Source: Octopus bimaculoides (lineage: Eukaryota). From it: DNA of 39,166 bases. This document shows positions 1-11,467 of this stretch, in pieces (the stretch's first letter is position 1; each line of letters starts with the position of its first letter). The stretch is taken from the NCBI RefSeq assembly GCF_001194135.2, contig NC_068995.1, positions 26,824,339 to 26,863,504 on the forward strand, read 5' to 3'. The notes beneath the pieces were generated by a model. That model was given only the letters and a program-made list of their open reading frames with translations, did no database searches and was not told the DNA's origin. The position numbers and the translations under genes are program-made.

Positions 1-273
1 GGAAACCCCAAAATGGCTGAAGTTCAAAAGATAGTGCTCATGGGAACTGCCCATATCCTACGTAAAATACTGTCTATGTGATCTCAAATTTTAAAGCAAA
101 CACATAATTTTCTTATGGTTTCTTAAACATTCACTAGAACAAAACTGTACAAATCCAAATATATGGTACCCTAGGCATAACACCTACATGAACTTCTAAC
201 TTGTTGTCTCTTGAGGTCTCTGGGTGAGACTTGGATCCAACTTGTACAAATGCAAAACAAAAGTCAAACATAA

Positions 274-335
<62 letters not shown>
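1..335 (+). mobile_element. 3' end of an R4/Dong-clade (restriction-like endonuclease) non-LTR retrotransposon ending at a (TAA)n tract
   Basis: 1-81 reads GNPKMAEVQKIVLMGTAHILRKILSM*, matching the QKxxLxGTAxILRKxL C-terminus of R4/Dong ORFs. It is followed by a 3' UTR with a GTCTC-TGGGT-GAGAC hairpin (216-230) and about 20 TAA units. Confidence 0.7.
273..335. repeat. (TAA)n microsatellite
   Basis: Direct reading, about 20 units. Confidence 0.95.
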
Positions 336-338
<3 letters not shown>

Positions 339-410
339 CATTAAAGTGAATCCTGTTCTGAAGTATTTATTTCTTTTTTTATATATGTATTTTCTTGCTG
401 TTGTTTACAG

Positions 411-458
411 GGTTTTAAATCATATGTTGATTTCTCCAATAATGATGCCAACCTTAAT
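411..458 (+). CDS. MTMR10: Myotubularin-related protein 10/11/12-like, internal coding exon A (GFKSYVDFSNNDANLN)
   Basis: Acceptor tttcttgctgttgtttacAG at 410 and donor GTGAGT at 459; 48 nt, phase 0/0. FKSYV resembles FRSYL (MTMR10) and FVSYV (MTMR12) near the N-terminus, as recalled from the human proteins. Confidence 0.7.
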
Positions 459-1213
459 GTGAGTATGTACCTCAAACTTAGAAACTTTTGCATCATATGA
501 TTTTATCACATTTTTTCTCTTTCTTTTCTTTTATCTTTTCACTGAAATTCTGTTCTACTAAACATAACTGGTATGTGAGTACTTTTAATGCTTTGCTAAA
601 CATTTCTGTATCTTTTTTCTCTTGCTAAATTTTTCATATTTTATTAAATGTACATGAATCAAAAGATTATATCTGAAATATGTCTTACTTTGGTAGGTAC
701 CACTGTTGTTCCATTTAAACATTTTAATAATCAACTCTGTCCACAGCTTAGGACTATTTTACAAAATACATGCTTGCTCTATTAGTTTTCAATCTCCTAT
801 GGTGCTTTCTCTATAAAAGTTTCTCAGTCCTGTTAGAAATTAGAGATTTTGATGAAATGAAGTTAGTTTGGTATTAAAAGTAACGAAGATGTAACCATTG
901 CATGAATTTGGATGAAATTTTCTGATACAATATAATGATTACTGATTTACCTTGTGAATGTTGTTTTATCTGTTGTATCATGTCTTTTCACTTACCAAGG
1001 TAGATTGAATACAGTAAAGTTGATTTCACAGAAGTGTTTCCATATGTATTTTGCAAGATATTAATTCCTGGGTACCATTTTTCTAATTAGATCATGAAGA
1101 AATAGATCATAATAAATGATATCACCAATTTCAAACTCACTGCCATTACACATGAAAATTGAAGGAAAAACAAATTCAGAGAAATCTACTTGATAAAACA
1201 CAAAAAATAAATG

Positions 1214-1830
1214 TATTTATTTATTTATTTATTTATTTATTTATGTGTTTCAGCCAAGTGGCTGCGGTCATGCTGGTGCACCACCGTGATTTTCACGTTC
1301 CTCGCATGGCTCTTCTCCCCCACCTGACATGGTCCAATCAAGAGTTTTGATGGCACATCTGGTGTATAAGAGAATTTGACATAGCTGCCCTAAACTGCGT
1401 CTCATTACGAGCCATTGGTTCGTCTGGTACCGTGGAGAGGAAAGTGTCAAGTTTTGTCTTGAAGACCTCCGTATTCATGTCTTGCATGTCTCTCAAATGT
1501 TTTGGCAGGGCATTGAAGAGCTGAGGTCCTCTGAAACCGAGGCTGCTGCAGTATCTCCTTCTTATGTGAGATGCAGTGGACGGTACCTTTGGCACCATGC
1601 AGTGGCGACCCGTGCGGGCGTTCCTGTAGTACTTGATGCCAAAGTTTGGCACCAGTCCTTCCAGTATTTTCCATATGTATATTATTACATATCTCTCCCG
1701 CCTGCGCTCCAGGGAGTAGAGACCTAGTACCTTCAGTCGCTCCCTGTAGTTCATCTGTTGGACTGTGGCGATCTTTTTTGTATAGTGCCGCTGAATTGCC
1801 TCGAGTGCAAACTATGTGGTGCAAACTAGA
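1214..1830 (-). mobile_element. 5'-truncated CR1-group LINE: RT C-terminus, 3' UTR and (TAAA)n tail
   Basis: ORF 1338-1754 has YRERLKVLGLYSLERRRER...GPQLFNALP...FKTKLDTFL, typical of CR1-group C-termini. The tail reads (TTTA)n at 1214-1244 on the + strand. Confidence 0.85.
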
Positions 1831-2069
1831 AGTCTTTTGACTGGAAGTTTCTCTAAAATGAAGCTAAACTTTGTTTTCACACAGAAAAGTGCTTAGTTCC
1901 AGCTTTTGATCCCTAAACAACAACACTATTTGAACTGTGGTTTTGTACAGTTTAAAATTTGGTGCCAAATGCAGATATCTATGGTATTGAACTTAACGAG
2001 TTAAACACAAATCATATACTGGCATATTAAGCATTCTATTTAACTTTAAAATATTGGCTTCAAATTTTC

Positions 2070-2257
2070 GTACAAGGCCAGCAATTTCAGGGGGGGGGGG
2101 GTTAAATTGATTACATTGACCTTGGTGTCCAACTGATACTTAATTTATCTGAAAGGCATAGTCAACCTCAGAATTTGAACTCAGAACATAAAGACAGATG
2201 AAAAACTGCTAAGCATTTTGCCCAGTATGCTAATGATTCTGCCAATTCGCTACCTTG
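2070..2257 (-). mobile_element. tRNA-derived SINE, family B
   Basis: The minus strand starts aaggtagcgaattggcagaatcattag (box A-like) and has GAGTTCAAATTC (box B). The same family recurs at 18229-18372 and ~15808-15880. Confidence 0.75.
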
Positions 2258-2289
2258 TTTAACATTAAAATATTAGAAAGAGAATTAGC

Positions 2290-4975
2290 CTAGATGAAAC
2301 CTTCTTTTCGGGTGCGAATAACACCGCTCCTTCCCATGCACCCCCCCAGTTTTCAGAGTAGGCACACTGAAATGTAGATCTAATGAGATTATAGAGATGT
2401 TTGAAAGGAGGCATGTTGATGTATGTTGCATCCAAGAGGTTAGGTGGAGAGGAGCTTCAGCCAGGTTCCTCACAGGCAAGACACATAGGTATAAAATCTT
2501 CTGGGAAGGTAACAGTGATGGAGTAGGTGCTGTGGGCATACTCCTAGCTGAGAAATAGGTGTACAAGGTCATTTAGGTAGTTAGAGTATGCAATAAGTTC
2601 AGGCTAGTCTTGCAGAATAGTATAGCTGCAGATATATCTGCCTACACCCCACAGGCAGGCCTATCAAATGAACAGAAGGACCACTTTTATGATATTCTTC
2701 TACAGGCTACCTCCAAGAGTAGTGACAATGATCTCATCTTTGTTGTTGGGGGATTTCAATGGGCATGTCAGACAGCAGCCCAGTGTCTACCATGGGTTTC
2801 ATGGGGCCATGGAATTGGTGCCCAAAACAAAGAGAGAACAAGGTTACTGGAGTTCTGTGATGTGAATAACCTTTTGATCTGAAATGCCAATGTCAGGAAG
2901 CCAGCCAGCCAGCCACCTGATAACCTATCAATCAGGTGACTCTGCTAGCCAGATAGATTTCACTATTTTAAAATCTCACAATGAGAGATATTCAGCAACA
3001 GTACTTTGGAGTAAAGATTGTTTGTCAACATAACATGGCAGTCCTAAACCAGGACTGCCATGTTATGTTGACAAACAATCTTTACTCCAGATAGATTTCA
3101 TTCTCACCAGATAGCAGGATGCATGGTTGCTCTTAAATGCAAAGACTCTCCCTGGTGAAGAATGTACCCCATAACATAGACTAGTTGTTTGCGACTTTAT
3201 ATTTCAGGCCAGAACAATGCCAAGAAGCAGACCAATCTGGAAAAGAAGGATCTGGAAGCTTAAGAACCCTTCATATGGTCAGAGATTTAGAGACATCCTA
3301 ATTAAGAAATTTAATGAGAGGGTGCAGGAACTACAAACTTGTGACACAGAGGGCAACTGGGAATTTCTTTGAGACAGCTTGCTAAGTACCACAGACCAAA
3401 TCTGTGGCTGGTGTAAAGTCCCTTTCAGACCCTGGGTAAAGTGATGGTGGAACAATACCGTGGACAGGGTCATTAGAGCAAAGAATCAGGCCTAGAAGGC
3501 CTGGAAGAGTGGGAGCAGCAGGGAACTGTATCAGATAGCCAGAAGGGAAGCTAGGAGACAAGTATATCTAGCCAAGGGAGAAGCAGAAAAGAAGTTTGCC
3601 TCTGTTCAGATTGCAAGACAGTGTATGAGAGAAAATTGTGATGTCATAGGAGAGAAATGTGTCCGCATGGATGATGGTGCACTTGCTTTTAATGAGTCTG
3701 CAAAGAAAGAGGCTTGGAGATGCCATTATGAAAGACTGCTGAACGTGGAGAATGAATGGGAGGAGGAGAGTCTCTCAAACATTGACCCAACTGAGGGACC
3801 AGCTATTCGAATTGACAGTACCTTGGTAGATAAAGCAATTAAAGATATGAAGACAGGGACAGCCCCTGGCCCATCAGGAATCAACGCTGAGATGCTTAAA
3901 ATATCTGGCAGTGTAGGTTTTCTAGTCACCCATATTGTAAATCAGGTGGTTCATGAAGGAGTCATACCCAATAACTGGTGTAGTACCACCATAGTCAGCT
4001 GCTGCAAAGGTAAAAGTGATGCATTAGATAGAAATAATTACAGAGGTAATTGGGTCAGGTGATGAGGGTTGGAGAGAGTTATAGCTCAACTAATTAGTGG
4101 GAGAATTAGTCTAGATGAGATGCAGTTTGGCTTTGTGCCAAGGAGAAGCACCACTGATGCTATATTCCTGGTAAGGCAACTTCAGGAGAAATACCTAGCC
4201 AAAGATAAACCTCTGTACTTAGCTTTTGTTGACTTGGAGGAAGCTTTTGAGATATCCCAATCTGTTATCTGGTGGTCAATGAGGAAACAAGGGATAGACG
4301 AGTGGTTGGTGAGAGCTGTACAAGCCGCTATCAGTAAGGTGAGGGTTGGCAAGGTGTACAGCAAAGAATTCAGGGTACAAGTAGGGGTTCACCAAGGATC
4401 GGTGCTCAGCCTCCTCTTGTTTATCATAGTCCTCCAGGACTCCTCAATGCTGATGACCTTGCTCTTATAGTTAGAGAAGTTCCAGGTATGGAAACAAGGT
4501 CTAGAGTCAAAGGGCCTTAGAGTTAACCAAGCAAAAACTGAAGTCATAGTAAGCAGGAAGGCAGACAAATCACAAATCCTCTCATGTGTAGGCTGACAAA
4601 TCACAAATCCCGAGGACATGTGTAGGCTTGAGAGAAATGAAGCCAGTATGCTTCACTGGATATGCAATGGCAATGTGCATGTTTGACAGAGTGTTAGCAT
4701 CTTGAGAGAAAAGTTATACATAAGAAGAATAAGATGTAATGTGGAAGAGAGATTACTGCACTGGTATAGTCATGTGATGCATATAGACAAGGACAGTTGT
4801 GTAAAGAATTGTTAATCTCTAACTGTGGAGGAGATCTGTGGTAGAGGTAGACCCAGGAAGACATTGGATGAGGCAATGAAGCATGACCTTTGAACTTTGA
4901 ACCTCACAGAGTCAATGCCTAGTGACCAAGACCTTTGGCGATGTGCTCTGCTTAAGGGGGCCTGTCAAGCCAAGT
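2290..4975 (+). mobile_element. Decayed RTE-clade LINE (APE endonuclease + RT), many stops and frameshifts
   Basis: APE motifs DVCCIQEVRW, GDFNGHV and SQIDFIL; RT motifs KAPGPSGI, QFGFVPRRSTTDAIF, LAFVDLEEAF and GVHQGSVLS; C-terminal GRGRPRKT-like segment. Confidence 0.9.
2963..3086 (-). mobile_element. 124-bp insertion with a 14-bp TSD and a perfect 39-bp fold-back; fragment related to the hammerhead repeat family
   Basis: CCAGATAGATTTCA occurs at 2949-2962 and 3087-3100, and removing the insert restores the RTE frame SASQIDFILTR. Hairpin arms are 3007-3045 and 3051-3089. The insert aligns to 25760-25840. Confidence 0.85.
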
Positions 4976-5019
4976 GCACCTATGCTGGTGTCACATAAAA
5001 AGCAAATCAACCTTTGAAC

Positions 5020-5405
5020 ATCAGGCTTCATGGAGGCAAAATGGCCGAATACCTTTTGAGCATTGAGTCTGATGGAAACAAAGTGACTGAGTTCCTTTTG
5101 AGCATTGGGCCTCATGGAGGCAAAGTGGCTGAGTTCCCTTTGAGTTTTGAGCCTCACGGAGGTGAGGTGGCTGACTTCCTTTTAAGCAGGCTTCACGGAG
5201 GTGAGGTAGCTGACTTCCTTTTGAGCGTTGAGCCTCATGGAGGCAAAGTGGTTGAGCTCCCGGACTGCATGGAGGCAAAGTGACTGAGTTCTTTTCGAGT
5301 GTTGGGCCTCACAGAGGCAAGGTGGCTGAGATCCTTTCGAGTGTTGGGCCTTACGGAGGCAAAGTGGCTGAGTTCCTTTCAAGTGTTGGGCCTCACGGAG
5401 GCAAT
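5020..5405 (+). repeat. 42-bp minisatellite, about 9 degenerate units
   Basis: Period of 42 seen directly (ctcatggagg at 5111, ctcacgga at 5153). ORF 5014-5283 shows a 14-aa periodicity. Confidence 0.9.
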
Positions 5406-5694
5406 GACCAAAACCTTTGGCATTATGTCAGGCTTGAGAAGAAGATCCATCAAGCCAAGTAAAATCGTGTTTGTGGCAGATACTAGTGTCACGCAAAATG
5501 GCACCTGTACTGGTCACACATAAAAGCAGCAATTACACTCTAGGAGTGGTTAGTGTTAGGAAGGGCATCCAGCCATAGAAAACCATGCCAACTCAGACTG
5601 GATCCTGGCGCAGCCCTCCAGCTTATCAGCCCAGTCAAACTGTCCAACCCATGCCAGCATGAACAACGTACATTAAATGATGATGATGATGATG
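5385..5694 (+). mobile_element. RTE 3' end and 3' UTR with (ATG)n tail
   Basis: LGLTEAMT...LEKKIHQAK ORF end, then the aggaagggcatccagc...aacccatgccagcatg...ttaaatgatgatg tail shared with several other copies in the window. Confidence 0.85.
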
Positions 5695-6470
5695 CAGTTT
5701 GGTTTTGTGCCATCAAGAAGTACTACTGATGCCATCTTACTATTAAGGCAAATGCATGAGAAGAATTTAGCTAAAAGTAACCCATTATAGTTGGCACTTC
5801 TTGACTCAGACAAGGCTTTTGACAGAGTTCCTTGTTCTGTGGTCAGGGTGTTGCTGATGAGAGCCATGCAAGCTATGTAGGGGTGTTGTCAGTAAGGTAA
5901 GAGTTAGTGATAAGTATAGCAACTAATTTAGTGTTCACCAGGGTTCAGTTCTAAGTATTCTCCTAGTCATCATAATCTATCAGGCCATAACAGAGATGTT
6001 TAAGACTGGTTGTCCATGGGAACTGCTATATGCTGGTGACTCTAAGCAGAAAAACACAGTTCTATTAAGCAGAAAAACAGACAGGACTCTACTCCTTTCA
6101 GGGAAATGACCTTGCTCTCTATTTAGAAAAGATGAAGGTAGAAACTGTGGATGCATACAAAGCATGTGGTGGAATCACAGGAAGATTAATGGAGAAAGTA
6201 GATTCTGTGTGATAGGTATGCAGGAACACTAAAACTAAGAATACATGAGAAATAGATTTTCTCAAATACCCAGGAGGGTCTTTGGAGGCAGTAGATAATT
6301 TCTGTCATCATTGGCCTAATTAGTAGTGTAGGAGGATGTTCTGAAAGTATAGAGAAATTTCATACAACTATTACTTCTCTTAACAAAAGGTTTCTCTCTC
6401 AGTGAATGGCAGGTTGTGTAATGCTTATATATAAACAGCTGTGCTACATGGTAGTGAGATGTGAGACTAA
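5694..6470 (+). mobile_element. Second RTE RT fragment
   Basis: QFGFVPSRSTTDAI, LAxLDSDKAFDRVP, VHQGSVLS and GCPWELLYAGD motifs, homologous to 4110-4500. Confidence 0.75.
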
Positions 6471-6539
6471 AGAAAACTTTGATCTCTTCTCTCATATATA
6501 TTTACCTCTTGTAACATATTATTTACATTAGTAATTTTT

Positions 6540-6906
6540 ATGATTTTTTTTCTGGGAATTTTGTTTCAAAAAGTTTCTTCGAAAAATGGGTCACCAATCA
6601 TTCTTTGAGAGACAATATATTTGATGATTTAATCAATGAATAAGGTTTTGGAGATGATAATCAGAGCAATTTATGTATTTCCTCTATGCACATACAAACT
6701 ACCTGACTTTGATTTGTTTGATTTTTTATCAAGTGGCTTGGACCAAAAATATCTTTAGGTTTTGACATTAAACCTGTTGAATGTTTTTTCAACTTTTTCC
6801 ATTGAGTTGTAATTGCTCAGCAAACTAATTTGCATAACAAAGGGAGCAGTTAACATTGTTCCTATATGTGTTGATGAAATTAGTGTATCCTGGATACACT
6901 AATTTC
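6540..6906 (-). mobile_element. Possible highly decayed Penelope-like GIY-YIG fragment ending in a 31-bp palindrome
   Basis: Weak FVCx..KYI-like translation on the minus strand. The palindrome at 6876-6906 is certain; the element call is not. Confidence 0.25.
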
Positions 6907-7181
6907 TGATGAGATTAATTCAGCTTACTTGAAATTTCATAATGAAAAAATTGCAAAACAGTTTCTTTGTAATGTTTGTATGTCCATGTCACTAATTGCA
7001 TTCAATTTATTACCAACATCCTTTTCATTATCATGTTTTGAGTGTATCTGTTTTTTAGTTATTGCTGTGCAATTAATTAACAACCATGCATTCATAACAT
7101 TTTCATCACAAATGACTACTTACATTAAATCTTTTCTACAATACTACCAATTTTTACAATCTCTTCACAAGTAAAAACACT

Positions 7182-7375
7182 ATCATCACCATCATATATT
7201 GAACATCTGTCTACCTTGCTAGTATGGGTTTGACGGTTCAACAGGATCTGATGAGTTGGTGGACTGTGATATGCTCCACTGTCTGTTTTGACATGGTTTC
7301 TACAACTAGATGTCCTTATTAATGCCAACCACTTTACAGAGTGTCATGGTTACCTTTTGCAAGGCACCAGCACTT
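7182..7375 (-). mobile_element. Degenerate RTE 3' UTR/tail copy
   Basis: (CAT)n-like start plus catggtttctacaactagatgtcc...aatgccaaccact, the reverse complement of the shared RTE tail. Confidence 0.65.
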
Positions 7376-8751
7376 GTGGAGAGAGTAACAGAATAGACAC
7401 TAACTGGGATAGGGAGAATGACAGGGAACAAAGGAAAAGGAAGAGATTAGTATCAGAGGTTATTAAGAAAATGAGGGGATAGTGTAGAAAAGTGATAAGG
7501 TGGATTGTGTAGGAATTAAAGGACTGTCCTTCATTATGTGTGGATTGAAGGTATGAGGGTAAATAGACAGTAAAGGCAATAAATGGTGTTGAAGAATTCT
7601 GAGTGAGCCATGACATAAAGAGAGTTGTAATACTTTTTTTTAGCTCTTTTTCCTGCTCTATTCTGTTCTTTTGCTCTTCATCATTTTTCCTCTAGTAAAA
7701 CAACAAAGATTATTAATTTTAGTAATATGGCCTTTGCAGTGATAATGAAGGCTGGTTATCCATGAGTGTAACCACTTGAAAATATAGCTAAACCTGCTTG
7801 GAACAGAAGGGGCTCTGACTCTATTAAGACAATATTGCCAATATTGATGATCCAATATAACACCAGCCCATTTAAGTTGCAGTACATAACTCTTTTTAAG
7901 AAGTTTTTCTGCCTGAAGCAGTCTTCATGGCAAATAGTGAGATCAGATTCACCAGCAAGAAAATCCTGTAAGCTCATTTTATCTGTTATTGACATTATTC
8001 CTTGTTTGTTACCCACTTATAAACGAAATATTAAGCATTTCTTTTAAACACAATACTAAGGATAAATAGTAAACTGTCTCTGAAATTGATGCACAACACC
8101 ACACTTAGAATTCACTTTCTGAAATGGTATATTGCAAGGTCTGTCTTTTCACCCATTTAAAAAAAAATTTATACCTACACCCAAATAAAACTTAGACATA
8201 GCATTAAATGCAGATGACATAATTAGGTTAATAACCAAAGACTTTGTAAATGGTTGATAAGCCTGCTAGAAATATCATTCAAATCTCTCTCACAGCACAT
8301 TTCACAATCTTAAAAAGGAAAGATATGGGTAACATCCCTAAGTAACTGTGTAAATGAAAGATGCATGGTCATAGCTAGAACATCAATCATAAGTCTGCTT
8401 GTAGGTTATTTGTTTATTTAGGCCAATGTCACAGTTGCCTACTTCTACCATTACCCAGTTATAGCTGTACAACTTCAAAACTACTGCAACCAACTCCAAA
8501 CAAAAGTACTGAAGATAACATCCCCCAATTCATTATCTTTTTACTAGAAACACTTAAGAATATCATCTTTAACAACAAACATATTGTATAAATGTGACAT
8601 AAAATTGACAAGGCTTAGAAGAGACAGCACTAAGGTTTTTTTAAATTTTATAAAGACATAAATGCTACAATATTGTATTCTTTCTCAACTATGGTGTGTT
8701 TCTTCTTGATAAAATAACTAGTATTACTGTCTTTTTGTTTCCTTTTTTCAG

Positions 8752-8812
8752 AATGAACATGAAGAAATGCAGTTAAATCCTAACACTAATCTTCAACCAA
8801 AACTCTTATCAG
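8752..8812 (+). CDS. MTMR10: MTMR10/11/12-like exon B (NEHEEMQLNPNTNLQPKLLS-G)
   Basis: Acceptor ctttttgtttccttttttcAG at 8751 and donor CAG|GTTGTA at 8813; 61 nt, phase 0/1. LQPKLLSG matches the LEPVLLPG / PxLLPGE start of the myotubularin PH-GRAM domain. Confidence 0.8.
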
Positions 8813-9349
8813 GTTGTAATTTTTACTGTTTTATCAGTGTTATTATCGTCATGTTTTACTATATAAAAAGTTGTAAGACATGACTAGCTATCTGTTTTAT
8901 TTCCCCTTAATCAGAATCTATAATTTTTTGGACATTAGTTACAGCTTGGCAAGTTAATTCATATGATTTTCTCACCAACTTTCAAGCATTTTCTTGCCTC
9001 TGACTTTCATTATACCATCTAACTCATTTTGTTGGTGAACAAGATTTGATATTTCCAATTTATAAATAAATTCATATTACTTGACAATTTCACATATTCC
9101 AGTTTCTTCATATCTTGTGTATTTACTGAATACTTTAGCCAATTCATTCATATCACTTTTATTGTAATCATATGCTTTTATTGTACACATTACATTCCTG
9201 TTTGTCTTATCTGCATCACATTCTATCTTCTCATGTTCACAATCCATTGATTATCTTTTCTTAAGATCACCACCTTTTGCTATGTAATTGGAGCTATACT
9301 AAATTGGATGCTAAAGTCTATCCTTTTTCTTCAGAGCTATAGAGTATTT

Positions 9350-9785
9350 CAGCTTTGATCAATTGCTGACACTCTACAAAGTGCAAAGCAAACCCACAAT
9401 AGCACATTGTACTAACATCTTTAATAAAGCTGCAGTAATGCAGACAAACATCCTAAATTGTATGAAAAAGAAAGCTATCCAAAGGGGTTGGGAACAACTC
9501 CCTGATCAACCCAATCATTGGTGCACGGAGGTGTTGACTTCTCTATCTACCTATTTTTTTATTGCTACAACAACATGTGCATCTCTGAACTAGCTAGTTG
9601 CACACAACCTCCACCAGAGATCTCACATCACTCTCATAGTTCATTCTCCAGCTATGTTTCACTGACCAGACCCTGCATTGTTCCTTCTTCCTACCCCTGC
9701 ATATTAACCCTCTGGCAATCCATTCCTGCCCATGTTTTTCTTTCATGTATTGACTTATAGATGTTCAAACTGAACATAAATTTCA
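9350..9785 (+). mobile_element. Old CR1/L2-group LINE C-terminal relic
   Basis: QLLTLYKVQSKPTIAHC..., CISELAS and LWQSIPAHVF resemble TLYKAQIRPxLEYC, CSSELAS and LWNSLPxxVFP. Confidence 0.6.
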
Positions 9786-10130
9786 TTGGTCCCACTACTG
9801 ATAGAAGGCCAGCAGCAATATTCACAGGTACAACCTCTTCGTCTTCAATGAACTAGATATATAAATCATCCTCAAAACATGTCTTGACTCAGTAAAATAT
9901 TTCCACTTTTTGATGAGTTGGATTTGCCTCTAGTTTTATTCTTTTAGTTAAATTTGTGATATAACTCATGTTTTTTATTTTTAAAGTAATTCTGTGTAGG
10001 TAATGTAAATTCTGAACACAAATTTTATGTTTTGATTCAATTATACTATTGATTTGTTGTCACTTAGAATTTCTTTCATCCCTCATCAATCTGTTTCCTA
10101 TTTCTGTTTTTAAATCTCCTCGAAAGCCTG

Positions 10131-10412
10131 AATCATCATCATTTTGCATCCAGTTTTTAATGCTGGCATGGATGAGATACTCTCAAGCATATTGTTACTT
10201 GTTGTTGTCCATTGTCATGTTATGTTGCAACTAAGAAAAGCCATCCTGGTTTCCTGTACAAGAGGTGGGCTTGTTGACAAAATTAAAGAGCTCTCCCTTC
10301 CATATATCACCTCTGTTTCTTACTTTAGCATGGTTTCTACAACTGCATGCCCTTCCTATCCACAGCTGCTTTTCTGAGTGGACTGGGTGTATTTTATTGT
10401 CGTATCAGCACT
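10131..10412 (-). mobile_element. Degenerate RTE tail copy
   Basis: atcatcatcatttt...atgctggcatgg and gcatggtttctacaactgcatgcccttcct match the reverse complement of the shared tail. Confidence 0.5.
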
Positions 10413-11467
10413 ATGGAGTTTGCTTCTGACAGTACCAAAGAATCTCTTCTACCCTGTGATGCCTTCTTTTTCTTGTTTCTTTCCTTTTTTTTTGTTTTTG
10501 TTTTTACTGTATAGTGAAATTCATACTATCATTGAATGTTAAATTGTGTTGAAAACAAGAAAAATGGTTTTTAAAACTGCAGGCATGAGTTTTTCTACTG
10601 TGAAGCCAATTGTGGATGCTACATTCAGCAATAGTGGCAAACATTCTTAATCTACTTAACTTTCTTTTCAATAGCTTTTATTATAATGTTTTGTTATAAA
10701 ACTATTACCACTTTTGTTATAACTATTTCTTCTCTTGTAGCATTGTTCTAAAATTATTTCTTTTATGTACTGTTAGAAACTTTATGATTATCTTTACATG
10801 GAAAAGATTATTTAAGTTTAGTGCATAACCAGTTTAATATTTATGCTTAAAAAATTTTTTTTTAATAATGCTGAGTAGTAGAAAACCTGAATAAATATTT
10901 CATTGATTTGTTTCTTTATTGTAAACTAGTAGTATAGCCCGGCTTTGCCTGGGATTAAGTTGGGATTATTAAGCTAATCAAGTTCTTTATTTCAAACCAA
11001 ACTAAGTAACATGACGTCAAATTTGGGCAGAATCAGTGTTGCAACTAGAGCGCATGGGTTGAGAGTTTGATCGGCAGAGGTGATCAGGTTACACATGCCA
11101 TCCCTTTGAAAACACCACCGCCATCATCTAACCCCTCTTTGCTCATGGGTTAGGAATCCTTCCAGCAAGGAAAATAGAATGACCAAAAGGGCTCCTGATT
11201 CTCTGTGTCAGAAGCGGTTCTGTTCAGATCACAATGAAGTCTTAAGTATATATATAGATATATATATAATAATATTAGGGACAAAATCCAAAATTACAGG
11301 TAAAAACTCAATTAAAATCAATTTATAAAAAATCAAAATTAAATTGAGCTTTATTGATAAAATATATATAAAATATATAAAGAATAAAAAGTTTAGGAAG
11401 GTATAACAATGCAATATAGAACAAAAAATGGACTGTATACCTGTTGTAACTTGGTAAACTGTAGTCC

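Noticed and set aside
5020-5405. Regularly spaced repeats as a CRISPR array, or ORF 5014-5283 as a repeat protein
   Set aside because: The units are contiguous and degenerate with no unique spacers, the context is eukaryotic, and the unit derives from RTE sequence.
6906-6940. Hammerhead CTGATGAG...GAAATTTC
   Set aside because: Stem II has a mismatch and a wobble, stem III is not palindromic and there is no stem I. At best an unrecognisably decayed relic.
7756-8016. Mariner-like transposase fragment (KNFLKRV)
   Set aside because: Only a few residues resemble the motif and no catalytic DDE/D context was found.
9840-9890. Hammerhead-like AAAACATGTC with palindromic CATG
   Set aside because: There is no CUGANGA box and G12 is absent; too degenerate to support.
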